This document shows positions 1 through 11,897 of a stretch of DNA of 64,000 bases, one piece after another. The stretch is from Mobula hypostoma (Eukaryota). The stretch spans positions 79,858,001-79,922,000 of the forward strand of contig NC_086108.1 in assembly GCF_963921235.1 (NCBI RefSeq), written 5' to 3'. Position 1 is the stretch's first letter, and the number at the start of each line of letters is the position of its first letter. The notes below the pieces were generated by a model, which was not told where the DNA came from, did no database searches, and saw only the letters and a program-made list of their open reading frames with translations. The translations under genes and the position numbers were made by a program.

Positions 1-352
1 AAACCTCAAGACAGTGTTAAGAAGATTAGAAGATTATGGGCTCAGAGTATGACAGGATGTGTATGAACTCTTTAAACCAAGCATCACTTACTGTGGTCAC
101 ATGATTGACACACAAGGATTAAACTAGTGTGCTGAGAAAATTCAAGCAGCGCGAATGCCCCAAGGCCAAAGGACATGTCACAGCTGTGGTCTTTTCTAGA
201 ATTTGTCAACTATTATTACAGGTTCCTGCCAAACCTGTCTATTGTGGTCCACTTCTTGAACTCATTACTGCAGATTGGGAAGAAACAGCAATAGACAAAG
301 CGGTGTGAACTGGCTTTCCGAAATGTGAGGGAAATGGTGACATCAGACATAT
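1..352 (+). mobile_element. Ty3/Gypsy RT fragment (decayed, cut by window edge)
   Basis: Aligns by eye with the RT C-terminal part of the Gypsy copy at ~2405-2720 (ttatgggctcagag, tttaaaccaagcatcacttactgtg, cagattgggaagaaa, aaatggtga..tcagaca). Confidence 0.8.
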
Positions 353-675
353 TAATAATCACAGAAAAATTTAACTAACTTAAATTAAATGGTTGGGAAA
401 TAGATAAAGGAAATAGGGAAAAGAATAACATATTCAAAACTCATACCTAACTGAATGTAGAAAAAAAATGCAACGGGGAGGATTCACTACAGGATTGTAC
501 AAGGAATGAATAGATAAGAGAAGCAAAAGTAGAGATGCACTCACTCAGGGAACAGCGTCCAAAATACCATAAGCACTTAAAAATCAGAGTAACAAATTGG
601 AAAGATGCTTACATGAAGATTGAAGAACGAGGGTGCTGTGAAACATAGTTCATAACTAATTTAAGAAGGGAAATA

Positions 676-970
676 CACTCAGTGGCCACTTGATTAGGTA
701 CACCAGTACATCTGCTCTTTAATGCAAATATCTAATCAGCCAAATTTGTAGTAGCAACTCAACTGTCGTTCAGACCGAGCATCAGAATGGGAAAGAAATG
801 TGATTGAAAGGACTTTGACCGTGGAATAATTGTTGGCGCCAGATGGGGTGCTTTGAGTATCTCAGAAGCTGTTGATCTCCAGGGATTTTCATACCATCTC
901 TAGAGTTTAAAAACAATGGTACAAGAAAAAAACAAAAAAAATTCATACAGTGAGCAGTAGTTCTGCCGGC
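676..970 (+). mobile_element. Tc1/mariner DNA transposon 5' fragment
   Basis: TA at 674-675 is followed by the TIR-like CACTCAGTGGCCACTTGATTAGGTACACC. From 787 it reads MGKKCD*KDFDRGIIVGARWGALSISEAVDLQGFS, a Tc1 transposase N-terminal HTH. No second TIR seen. Confidence 0.8.
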
Positions 971-975
971 AGAGC

Positions 976-1856
976 AGTGTTTAAAGTAGGCATTGGAAAA
1001 TTGTCAGAGGTTACTGCGGGACATCGATAGGATACAAAACTGGGCTGAAAAGTAGCAGATGGAGTTTAACCCAGATAAGTGTGAGGTGGTTCATGTTGGT
1101 AGGTCAAATATGATGGCAGAATATAGTATTAATGGTAAGACTCTTGGCAGAGGGATCTTGGGGTCTGAGTCCATAGGACATTCAAAGCTGCTGTGCAGGT
1201 TGACTCTGTGGTTAAGAAGGCATACGGTGCATTAGCTTCCATCATCTGTGGAATTGAGTTTAAGAGCTGAGAGGTAATGTTGCAGCTATAGAGGACCCTG
1301 GTCAGACCCCACTTGGAGTACTGTGCTCAGTTCTGGTCACTCACTACAGGAGGGTTGTAGAAACTATAGAAAGGGTGCAGAGGAGACTTACAAAGATGTT
1401 GCCTGGATTGGGGAGCATGCCTTATGAGAATAGGTTGAGTGAACTCGGCCTTTTCTCCTTGGAGTGGCAGAGGATGAGAGGTAACCTGATAGAGATGTAT
1501 AAGGTGATGAGAGGCATTGATCGTGTGGATAGTCAGAGGCTTTTTCCCAGGGCTGAGATGGCCAGCATGAGAGGGCACAGTTTTAAGGTGCTTGGAAGTA
1601 GGTACAGAGGAGATGTCAGGGGTAAGTTTTTTTATGCAGAGAGTGATGAGTGTATGGAATAGGCTGCTGGCGACGGTGGTGGAGGTGGATATGATAGGGT
1701 CTTTTAAGAGACTCCTGGATAGGTACAAGGAGAGTAGAAAAATAGAGGGCTATGGGTAAGCCTAGGTAATTTCTAAAGTAAGTACATGTTCTGCACAGCA
1801 TTGTGAGCCGAAAGGCCTGTATTATGCTGTAGGTTTTCTATGTTTCTATGTTTCTA
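976..1856 (+). mobile_element. CR1-clade LINE 3' fragment
   Basis: ORF2 C-terminus (LVRPHLEYCAQFWS; ORF 1375-1662 YENRLSELGLFSLE) and a (TTTCTATG)n tail ending ~1856. Confidence 0.9.
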
Positions 1857-2985
1857 ACTCAGACATATCAAGGGTAAAAGAGTGTTAGATGAAAATACCA
1901 CACACAAGTTTTCAAACCCTGTCTGGTTCCTTATACCATCCTTGATAAAGTAGCCAGTGATCGAGATCTCATGGAGGATGGAGGAGTTCATTCCAAGGTT
2001 GAGTGGAGCTCACGGGCAATGCCAGTGGTCCCAGTAGCCAAGAAGAATGGGTCTGTCAAGATCTGTGAAGTTTTTAAGGTCATCATCAACCCAGTACTAA
2101 AAGTAGATCAATACCCCCTGCCCAGGATAGAGGATATCTTTGCAAATCTTTCTGGAGGAAAACACTTCAGCAAAGGCCTTAGCTGAGGCCTTCCTACAGA
2201 TGGAGATGAAAGAGAAATCCAAAGTGTTTCTTATCATAAACATTCACAAAGTGCTTTATCACTATAATAGGCTTATTTTTAGAGCAGCATCTGCACCTGC
2301 ACTCTGGCAGAAAGTTATGGAGCAGGTGCTGCAAGGCTGTCCAGGCACTCAGTGTTACCCAGGTAACATCATTGTGACCGGTGTAGAGATGCCAAGGGAC
2401 ATCTCCAAAATCTCAGTCCAGTGTTAAAAAGAATAGAAGGTTATGGGCTCAGAGCATGATGCAAAAAATGTTAATTTCTTTAAACCAAGCATCACTTACT
2501 GTGTTCACACAATTGACACACAAGAATTACACAAATATGTTGAGAAAGGACAATCCACAGGTACTATCCTTTTTAGGGTTTTTCAATTACTGTAATAGAT
2601 GCCTCCCAAATTTGGCTACCCCTTGAACTTAATACCACAGATTGGGAAGAAATGGCAATGGTCAAAGCAGTGTGAGGAGACTTTGCAAAAGGTAGAAAGA
2701 AATGGTGATGTCAGACACTGTGCTGACACATTATGATCCACATCATCCATTGAAGCTTGCCTGCAATGCCTCGCCTCATGATATAAGTGCAATTATGTCA
2801 CATGTTTTAAGTGATGGAAGTGAATGCTCTATAGTCTTTGCATCATGTTCCCTTATCACTGCAGAGAAAAATTATGCACAGATTGACAGAGAGGCCTTTA
2901 ATCTAGCTTGGAATGTAAAACATTTCAACCAAGACTTATATGGGAGAGAGTTCCCCTCATTACTGATCATCAACCATTAGTGCCA

Positions 2986-3560
2986 AGGTGCAACAGCGCC
3001 TTTATTTCCTGCGGAGCATCAAGAAAGCTCACCTCTGTCCCAGGATACTGACGGACTTTTACCGCTGCACCACTGAGAGTATACTCACCAACTGCATCTC
3101 AGTGTGGTATGGCAATTGTCCCGTATCAGACCGCAAAGCACTCCAGCATGTGGTGAGAACTGCCCAGTGGATTATCGTCACCCAATTGCCCACCATTGAG
3201 AATATCTACTATAACTGCTGCCTGGGCAGGGTGAAAAGCATTATCAAGGATGCATTTCACCCTAACCATGGACTTTTTACTCTCCTCCCATCAAGTAGGT
3301 GCTACAGGAGCCTCCACTCCCACACCAGCAGGCACAGGAAGAACTTCTTTCTGGAGGCTCAAAGTGCTAAGCAGTATTGCACCCATATTGGACTGTCTCA
3401 GTACTTTTATATTTGTGTGCTGTAGCACTTACTTTTTATTCGCAGTTATTTTGTAAATAATACTATTCTTTTGCACTTCTGGTCAGATGCTAATTGCATT
3501 TCGTTGACTTTGTATCTGTACTTGGCACAATGACAATAAAGTTGAATCTAATCTAATCTA
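2986..3560 (+). mobile_element. Rex1/Babar LINE 3' fragment inserted in Gypsy RNase H
   Basis: ORF 2988-3425 (QQRLYFLRSIKK, FYRCTTESILT, IIKDAFHPNHGLF), then AATAAA and a (TAATC)n tail. It interrupts the Gypsy TDHQPLV.IF motif. Confidence 0.85.
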
Positions 3561-5191
3561 ATTTTCAATCACAGAAGCGTGTTCCACTGACAACAGCAGT
3601 AAGAATACAGAGGTAGACTCTGTTTTTTGAAAGACACAATTACAAGATTGAATTCAAGAGGATGAATAATCATGGAAATACTTTTTGGTTGTCCTTTTTG
3701 CCCTTGGAAAAAGAAATAGCAGAAACATTTATAAAAAAAAAGACACTTCATTTGACATACTCACTCTAACACAAATTGAAAGTCTCCCTATTATATCAGA
3801 GATGATTCAAAGGAAAACCAGAAAAGATGCTAAACTGTCTTAGGTCTACATGGCCACCCAAGATGGCTGGAATGTGGTTGCAGGAACTCCACTTCCCCCA
3901 TTTTTACCAGTGCTGAGATAAACTTGCCCTTGACAGAGGTTGCCTTATGTGGGGATTGAGAGTTGTTGTGCCATCGAAGCCGAGAACTAAAGTGCTGGAG
4001 GAGCTACTTGCAGGTCATCTAGGCATGGTTAAAATGAGAATATTCACTCGAAGCTTTGACCAGTGGTCTGGGATAGATCAGCAATTGCCACGCACTGTTC
4101 GGGATGCCAACACATCCAGAACATGCCAAGAGCAGCGCCTCTCCATTCCTGGGAATAGCCTGCATTGCTCTGGTAGAAGATTCATGTGGATTTTGCTAGA
4201 CTGTTCATAGGCACAAATTTCTTGGTAGTAGTGGATGCAACAATAAAGGAACCAGATGTGTTGCCAACAGCCTCCATTATAGCCTCACTCACTGCTAAAG
4301 TGTTGAGAAGCCTCTTCATAAGGACTGTTTTTTCCAGAACACGTAGGCAGTGACAATGGGCCACAGTTTGTGGGGGAACAGTTTCCATCATTCCAAAAAA
4401 TAAACAGAATAAGACATATTACATCGGCTTCATACCACCCAGCTACAAATGGCTTGGCAGAAAGGTTTGGTCAGAGTTTAAAGAATTCACTACACTGACA
4501 CTGAACCAGAAGCTCACCAATTTCCTCCTTGCATATCGCAATGCAGCACACTCCACGACCAACAACTTATCAGCTATGCTGTTCCTGAGCCACCCCTTGC
4601 TTTCACACTTGGATCTCCTCAAACCCAATCTCAGAAGGAATATGCAGGACAAACAGCTGAGACAAATGAAGGCTCCTCAGGCAAGAAGGTTCAATGTTTC
4701 ATTCCCGGACAAGCAGTCCTGGTGAAGGACTACAGACGTGATCAGAAGTGGGTACTCAGAAAGATTAAGGACAGAACTGGACGGTTTACCTACACAGTGG
4801 AGATTGTGTCATCATCGGGGGACAACACATCAATCAGTTGAGGAGAGCAGAGTCGAGTGTTAGAGGACAAAGTTGTCTACTGCTATCAGAAACACTTCAT
4901 GCCATGCAGTCTCAGAGTTAGCTCCTACAACCACCACAGAGGAAGATCCGAAACCTGAGATTGTTTCACAGCCACACGACCAAGTAGAGTGATCCCCTTG
5001 TCAGGAAAGACGCTATTCCACAAGATTAAGGAACCCTCCACAGCGATTAAATCTTTCGGCCTGGATGGAGCAATTTAAAATTTATTGAGCACTGGGTGTC
5101 AGTATATAGTAGTTGTATTATATAGTATACTGTGAATATAGTTGAGATGCATTCTTTGTTGAGTTGGAGTTTATAGCTAAGCAGAGAGGAA

Positions 5192-5998
5192 TGCTGTGTA
5201 TTTAATGTTTCAGTAATATTTGAGTAATCAAGGAGGAGAAGATGGCAGCACGACGCAGCTTGCGCGGCCACTCCGGTGAATGATATCTGTAGTCTGTCAA
5301 CCAGGGTGCCGTGCACAATTCTGACTTGATGGAGACAGACATGAGAGAACGGAGGAACATCTGGAGAAACTTCTGAAATGCCTTTTTCGCTGCCGCTGTT
5401 ACTGTGTGATCCTGAATCTCTGGAGAGGAAGGCCCCGAATCCTTGGCTTTGCTTGTTGCTTGGTGGCTGGGACAGGGTCGAAGCACTCGGCAGAGATGGT
5501 GCTCTGTGTCGAAAGGCTGGTCGGGGGCTCGAAGTTTTCGGACGGACTCAGGGTCGGCTGGGGTCGGGTGCTTCCAATGCATCAACAGTAGCCGGTGCCT
5601 GGAGGTTTATGGCAGAGAGAGTTTCTCCCTTCTGCCGCCTGCTATCGAGGACTATCGGGAGTCGATTGGAACTCCGAGACTTTTTTTTACCGTTCCCATG
5701 GTCTGCTCTTTATCAAATTATGGTATTGCTTTGCACTGCTGTAACTATATGTTATAATTATGTGGTCTTGTCAGTGTTAGTCTTTGGTTTGTCCTGTTCT
5801 TTCTTTGTGATATCACTCTGGAGGAACATTGTATCATTTCTTCATGCATTTCTAAATGACAATAAACGAGGACTGAGTGTCCTCATAATCTAATCTAATC
5901 TAATCTAATTTTGTGTATATATACAGTTAGACTCAAATTTTAGACTCCAGTGTCTTCCTTTGAATTAGTTCAATGTCTTGAAGTTACAAAACATAACA
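5192..5998 (+). repeat. Gypsy 3' LTR (internally deleted, split by insertion 5229-5909)
   Basis: A purine tract (AAGCAGAGAGGAA) directly precedes TG at 5192, and the segment ends ACATAACA at 5998. The termini TGCTGTGT/ACATAACA form an imperfect inverted repeat. Confidence 0.65.
5229..5909 (+). mobile_element. Non-coding non-autonomous retroelement with Rex1-type 3' end
   Basis: Starts with AAGATGGC and has a CpG-rich body. It ends AATGACAATAAA, a GAGGAC/GTCCTC hairpin and (TAATC)n, matching the tail of the Rex1 copy at 2986-3560. Confidence 0.7.
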
Positions 5999-6259
5999 TT
6001 AAGTATAATAAATTCAAGCAGTCAGACTGTGAGATGCGACTTTGTCGCAACTGACACCATTAAAACTGAAGCTTCTGTGGTATTCTGAAGTCACCTTTAT
6101 TCATATATCTTCTTAAACAAGTGCTAAAAGTGAAACCATATCATGGAGAATTTGGTTTCAATTTTTCAATGGTCTCAGGTCTAGCTGAATCTAAAAATCA
6201 CAAAGAAGCACTTTCCCTTTCCACGTACCAGAATCAAAGTTAGTATGTGGTGGAAAGGA

Positions 6260-7085
6260 GTGGAATCCTAACCACTGAGTACATTCACAAGGAGTGTTGC
6301 CACAAGCAAGCTGCATCCATCATCAAAGACCCCTACCATCCAGGACATGCCCTCTCATTAATACCATTGAGCAAGAGGTACAAAAGCCTTAGGACCCACA
6401 CCACCAGGTTCAAGAACGGTTATTACCCTACAATCATCAGGTACCTGAACTGGCATGGATAACTTCAATCACCACTACGTAGAACTAATTCTATGACCTA
6501 CAGACTCACTTTCAAAGACTCTTTACAACTTGTGTTCCTTCCTGCTGATCTCCCTCCCTGCCCTTAACCCAGCAAGCAGCCTAAGTGCTGCACCTGCCCA
6601 TACACCTCCTCCTTCCCTTCCTCCTAAGGTCTACTCTCCTCTCCTATCAGATTCTTTCTTCTCCAGTACTTGACCTTTCCAACCCTATTGACATCACCTC
6701 ACACCTTCCAGCTATCCTCTTTCCCTTTTTTTTCTGGCATTTTCCCCTTTCCTTCTCAGCCCTGAAGAAGCGTCTTGGCCTGAAACATCAAATATCTATT
6801 CATTTCTATAAATGCCGCCTGACCAGCTGAGTTCCGCCAGCATCATGTATGTGTTGCTTTGGATTTTGAGCATCTACAGTCTTTCTTGTATTTATTATGC
6901 TCTCAATGTTATTTTTAGCTGCACGTTTTGTCCTTTGCACATTGGTGCTTGTCAGTCTTCGCTTATTTATAGTTTTTTTTGTAAAATTCTATTGTATTTC
7001 ATTTTTCCCTGCAAGAAAATGAATATCAAGGTAATATATGGTAACATATACTGTTTGTGGATTGATAAAAAATTTATTTTGAACT
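6260..7085 (+). mobile_element. Rex1/Babar-like 3' fragment split by a Penelope fragment
   Basis: ORF 6247-6462 reads AASIIKDPYHPGHAL..RTHTTRFKN. The 3' UTR resumes at ~6890 and ends in a TTTGAAC-type tail. Confidence 0.7.
6536..6890 (+). mobile_element. Penelope-like element 3' remnant with decayed hammerhead terminus
   Basis: Cys-linker remnant (aagtgctgcacctgcccatacacc), CTGAAGA at 6762 and GAAA at 6782, then the GCCTGACC.GCTGAGTTCC terminus. Confidence 0.7.
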
Positions 7086-9315
7086 GTTTGTGCTCGATCC
7101 CATTCTTCAGCTCTCCCCAATGTAACCGTACAGTTTTGCAGCAGAAACGTTACTCAATTTAGCAACCAGAATGCCGTGTCCTAGTGATGATTTTTCCTCT
7201 TAATATTTGCTGCGACTGTTCCCTCGCTCTCATCATTGACTGGCTTGCTTTCTTTCACAAACTGACACCAGCAGTAGCAACTCCCCCACTTCCCTGGTAT
7301 GAATCCAACTTCAGTCAAATGACTGAATAGCACACATTATCATTCAGTCAAAGGGCAGTGAGTTAAAGCAAACACATTTTCATCTGGAGAGTTAGCCAAG
7401 CCTCTCAAACTGCTCAATTTTCCCCTCTTGCAATTAAGGGCATCATCTGAATGCTCAATGCAATTACTGCATTAAACTTACCCCTTCTAAAGCTATTATT
7501 CTCTCTGTTGGGTCCCACTGATAGGGGCCATAAAAGCTGATACTTTGTTTACACAGGTGAAAAAGTAACAAGAGACAGAAACAAGCATAACCAGTGTGGG
7601 AAATGTAATCTGATATTGCTTCAGTAGGAAGCGTTCTTTTGAGGTTTGGGGCTAGGATGCATTGTGGGACAGAGCTGCAGGATTCTGCATTTTTTGTACT
7701 GGTTCCATACCCAAAGTCGCTAAACTCTGTTTCTGAACTTTGAAGGCAGTTTATGTTGTTAACCAATAGCTTCCTTCCAGTATTTTAGTTGTTTTTTTCT
7801 TTCATTCTTGGACTCCCCGCTCTGCCGCCAACAGTGCTGCTCTGTAACCTAGCAGAATGACAGGAACACTCTGAGGAGGTAATGTCATTTGTTGGGTCCT
7901 AAAGAAGGAAGCTTTACTTTGCATCTGGTCTATTTAACTCATCTATCTAGAGGCACAAGGCTACCCTTTTAATCCCAAGGACCAGTTTCATCCCAGTTAC
8001 AACTTGTGAGGCGCGTCAAGATTTTGGTACTCAGAAAATTCTTCCACAAATATACTTCTTCTTCAATTGGTTATTTGTTTAGATTTTCTGATCTGGCGGC
8101 TTATTTGGCTCAAAGAAAATGAAGATTTGGAAGGGGTTTTGGAATTTTTAATGACTTGTTTAACTGCAGTTACATAATATGAGCAGAGCTGTTGAAATGA
8201 CTATTAATCATTCCTTAAGAGAATCATAACAGTTTCTGTGAGGTTGCTTAAAGAGATTGAAACAATATGCATTGATCTATGTTCTCTTCATTGCTTTTAA
8301 TCAGAGATCTGGCTAACACATTACAATTGCATGCATTAAGTGAATGAAACTCAGAAACAGAAGTCTATTATTTTTGAGTCACTTTGAATTGCATCCTGGT
8401 GCCTAGAGCTTAGAATCTAGGTAGGATTCCTCTCCTTGCAAAGGGAGACAGTCTGGTCAGAACATCTGTCTGTCTATGGATATTATCTATGCTTTGCTAC
8501 CTCTTGATGAGATCCCCAGTGACCCCCAGTAGGCGTTCATTGATATGAATCATTTGCTAACAAGTGGCAAGTAACCTATATGCTACAACAAAAAAGCAAT
8601 AACCATTCCAAGTTACTCTCCATCAATTTACTTGAGGTCAATATTGATATGAAGTTTAAATGGACTAAGTAAATTTTCCCAGCAGTACAGAGGGGCTGAG
8701 ATTTCTGACACACAAATACGTTTGTAGTCTCCAATCTTTAAAGACTTTTCATAATAAAAGATGGTGCCAGACGTTTTTGCAGACTTGGGCAATTTGTTCA
8801 AGTTCATCCACGAAACAGCTTAAATCTTATTAAATCTTCTATTCTCATATCTAATTTTTCCTCTTGGGGTCCACGATCTATAGCTGTGCTCAGACTACAT
8901 TCTTCACAGGCAGTGGGTTCTCACCCTTCGGAACTCACCGAGCGGCCTGTGTTGCGAGATCGCCAGGAGTGGTTCGGAAGATGTGCACCTTCGGGTGCGA
9001 CCCTGTGGACGACCTGACTCCTCGCTGATGTCACCAACTGAAACATCGCAGGAGATTGAAACATCGAGACAGTGGATGTGGCTGTCAGAAACCTCTGCAC
9101 TCTCTCTCTCTCTCAATGGTGAGAGACAGTATGCTGATTCTCGAGTCGGGGAAAGTCGTAATAAGCAACGCTGCTGACTGTAACATCAAAACAGCAAGTT
9201 GCTGGCATCGCCTCTCACTGTGGCAGGAGTGATATCACTCTCTCCCTCATTAGTGAGAGAGGGGAACTGACGAGATGTCAAAGTGTTGGGATGGACTTTT
9301 GATGGTCCATAGATC

Positions 9316-10963
9316 ATAGTCATAGTTGTACTTTATTGATCCTGGGGGAAATTGGTTTTCATTACAGTTGCATCACAAATAATTAAATAGTAATAATAAA
9401 ACCATAAATAGTTAAATAGTAATATGTAGATTATGCCAGGAAATAAGTCCAGGACTAGCCTATTGGCTCAGGGTTTCTGACCCTCCAAGGGAGGAGTTGT
9501 AAAGTTTGATGGCCACAGGCAGGAATGACTTCCTATGACGCTCTGTGTTGCATCTCGGTGGAATGAGTCTCTGGCTGAATGTACTCCTGTGCCCAACCAG
9601 TACATTATGTAGTGGATGGGAGACATTGTCCAAGATGGCATGCAACTTGGACAGCATCCTCTTTTCAGACACCACCGTAAGAGTGTCCAGTTCCATCCCC
9701 ACAACATCACTGGCCTTACGAATGAGCTTGTTGATTCTGTTGGTGTCTGCTACCCTCAGCCTGCTGCCCCAGCACACAACAGCAAACATGATCTCACTGG
9801 CCACCACAGACTCGTAGAACATCCTCAGCATCGTCCGGCAGATGTTAAAGGACCTCAGTCTCCTTAGGAAATAGAGACGGCTCTGACCCTTCTTGTAGAC
9901 AGCCTCAGTGTTCTTTGACCAGTCCAGTTTATTGTCAATTCGTATCCCCAGGTATTTGTAATCCTCCACCATGTCCACACTGACCCCCCGGATGGAAACA
10001 GGGGTCGTCGGCACCTTAGATCTCCTCAGGTCTACCACCAGCTCCTTAGTCTTTTTCACATTAAGCTGCAGATAATTTTGCTCACACCATGTGACAAAGT
10101 TTCCTACTGTAGCCCTGTACTCAGCCTCATCTCCCTTGCTGATGCATCCAACTATGGCAGAGTCATCAGAAAAATTCTGAAGAGTTTACAAGGATGTTGA
10201 CGGGACTTGAGAAACTGAGTTACAGAGAAAGGTTGAATAGGTTAGGACTTTATTCCCTGGAGCGTAGAAGAATGAGGGGCGATTTGATAGAGGTATATAA
10301 AATTATGATGGGTATAGATAGAGTGAATGCAAGCAGGCTTTTTCCACTGAGGCTAGGGGAGGAAAAAACTAGAGGACACGGGTTAAGGGTGAAGGGGGAA
10401 AAGTTTAAAAGCAACATTGGGGGGGCTTCTTCAGACAGAGACTTGTGGGATTGTGGAATGAGCTGCCAGATGAAGTGGTAAATGAGGGCTCATTTTTAAC
10501 ATTTAAGAAAAACTAGGACAGGTACATGGATGAGAGGTGTATGGAGGGATATGGTCCAGGTGCAGGTCAGTGGGACTAGGCAGAAAAATGGTTCAGCACA
10601 GCCAAGAAGGGCAAAAAGGCCTGTTTCTGTGCTGTAATGTTCTATGGTTCTATGGTTCTATGACAAGACCCTGTGCAGTAGTTGAAGTCCGAGGTGTAAA
10701 TGGTGAAGAGAAGGGGGGACAAGACAGTCCCCTGTGGAGCCCCAGTGCTGCTGATCACTCTGTCGGGCACACAGTGTTGCAAGCACACGTACTATGGTCT
10801 GCCAGTCAGGTAATCAAGAATCCATGACACCAGGAAAGCATCCACCTTCATCGCTGTCAGCTTCTCCCCCAGCAGAGCAGGGCGGATGGTGTTGAATGCA
10901 CTGGAGAAGTCAAAAAATATGACCCTCACAGTGCTCGCTGGCTTGTCCAGGTGGGCGTAGACA
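9316..10963 (-). mobile_element. Rex1/Babar LINE, 5'-truncated, RT domain well preserved
   Basis: RT motifs FFDFSSAFNTI, GAPQGTVLSP and FSDD. ORF 9460-10059 (KTKELVVD, YKYLG, QSRLYFLRRLRSF). AATAAA plus a (CTATGA)n tail at ~9316-9337. Confidence 0.92.
10184..10660 (+). mobile_element. CR1 3' fragment inserted into Rex1 RT
   Basis: ORF 10194-10481 (YRERLNRLGLYSLERRRMRGDLIE) and a (GGTTCTAT)n tail. Rex1 rejoins as TGAAGA|TGACAAG. Confidence 0.9.
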
Positions 10964-11747
10964 TAGTCTCTGGGGGCTTGCTATTGCTGGTGGGTGGTGA
11001 GGGGGTCCTGATGCTTTTTGATGGAACAAGTGGATGAAGGGGGAGGGGTGCTTTGGGATTCTATTATTTTTCTATCATTCATTCTTTGGGGTTTTTTCTC
11101 TCTGTTTCATAGATGTAAGGATTTCAGGTTGTATATTGTATACATTCTCTGATGTTAAATTGAACAATTGAATCTATAAGTCCCAAATCAAGAACAAAAT
11201 GTGGCAATTACCTCTCAACTGAATGAACGAAAATACTATAAGTTTAACAACATTTAAGTTAATGCAGATTTGTTAGACTGTTAACTCAATTTCTAATGCC
11301 TCCACGGTCGGGTCGCAAAGGATTCTCTTTAAGGAACTCACTAAGCTTTCTTCAAAACTTCTTCTGGGCCTCATATTGTTTACCACTGAGAAAAATAAGA
11401 GAAATAATGTTTGTACTTTCAGTTGCTGCTGCTTAAGTGGCACTTGAGCTACTTGCCAAGTTACTTTTAAGCCATCATAACTCGCTTCATTTTAACTTCG
11501 ATGACAAGACCCTTGGACAATTTCATGATTCTGTGAGGTTAAGAAGCGTTGGATAAATAAATTTTCCAAATGTTGTTCAAAGTTAACTGCAGGACAGTTT
11601 TAAGCCCAGCTGTGTTAGTTCCTGGTCAACCAGTAACTTAGTTGATGGACTGGAGACATGTTGTCTGAGGAAATCTGCTTCACAGTGAATGTGTTCTGGA
11701 GGAGTCTGATAACGTAATCAATCATATGATGGAGAAACCTCAATTTA

Positions 11748-11801
11748 CGTGTGTGTGTGTGTGTGTGTGTGCGTGTGTGTGTGTGCGCGTGTTTGTGTGT
11801 G

Positions 11802-11895
<94 letters not shown>
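11748..11895. repeat. (GT)n/(CA)n microsatellite, ~150 bp, imperfect
   Basis: Seen directly, with occasional GC and TT interruptions. Confidence 0.98.

Positions 11896-11897
<2 letters not shown>

Larger units (their letters stand above)
1857..5998 (+). mobile_element. pol: Ty3/Gypsy LTR retrotransposon remnant: pol (RT-RNaseH-integrase), PPT and 3' LTR; pseudogenised
   Basis: RT (PVVPVAKKNGSVKIC, YPLPRIEDIF), RNase H (LACNASP, EKNYAQIDREA), integrase zinc finger (GHLGMVKM) and core (DNGPQF ~4350, YHPATNGLAERF ~4432), in RT-RH-INT order with many stops and frameshifts. Two insertions at 2986 and 5229. Confidence 0.9.
8756..11172 (+). mobile_element. Non-autonomous non-coding retroelement, split by Rex1
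   Basis: Starts AAAGATGGTGCC and ends in a Rex-like 3' UTR (gatttcaggttgtatattgtatacattctctgatgttaaattgaac). The halves rejoin across CATAGTC at 9315 and 10962. Confidence 0.6.
8560..11460 (+). mobile_element. Ancient, highly decayed CR1-like LINE hosting a nested stack
   Basis: Degenerate ORF2 C-terminal sequence (aagtggcaagtaac...) breaks at ~8755 and resumes at ~11173 (tctataagtcccaaatcaaga). Confidence 0.45.

Noticed and set aside
5378..5893. Overlapping 171-, 127- and 104-aa ORFs
   Set aside because: No domain motifs. They are chance open frames in a GC-rich non-autonomous element.
7464..7766. 100-aa minus-strand ORF with a strong GG/GTAAGT donor near 7480 and an upstream pyrimidine tract
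   Set aside because: No recognisable protein in any frame and no partner exons. It cannot be supported as a host exon without RNA-seq.
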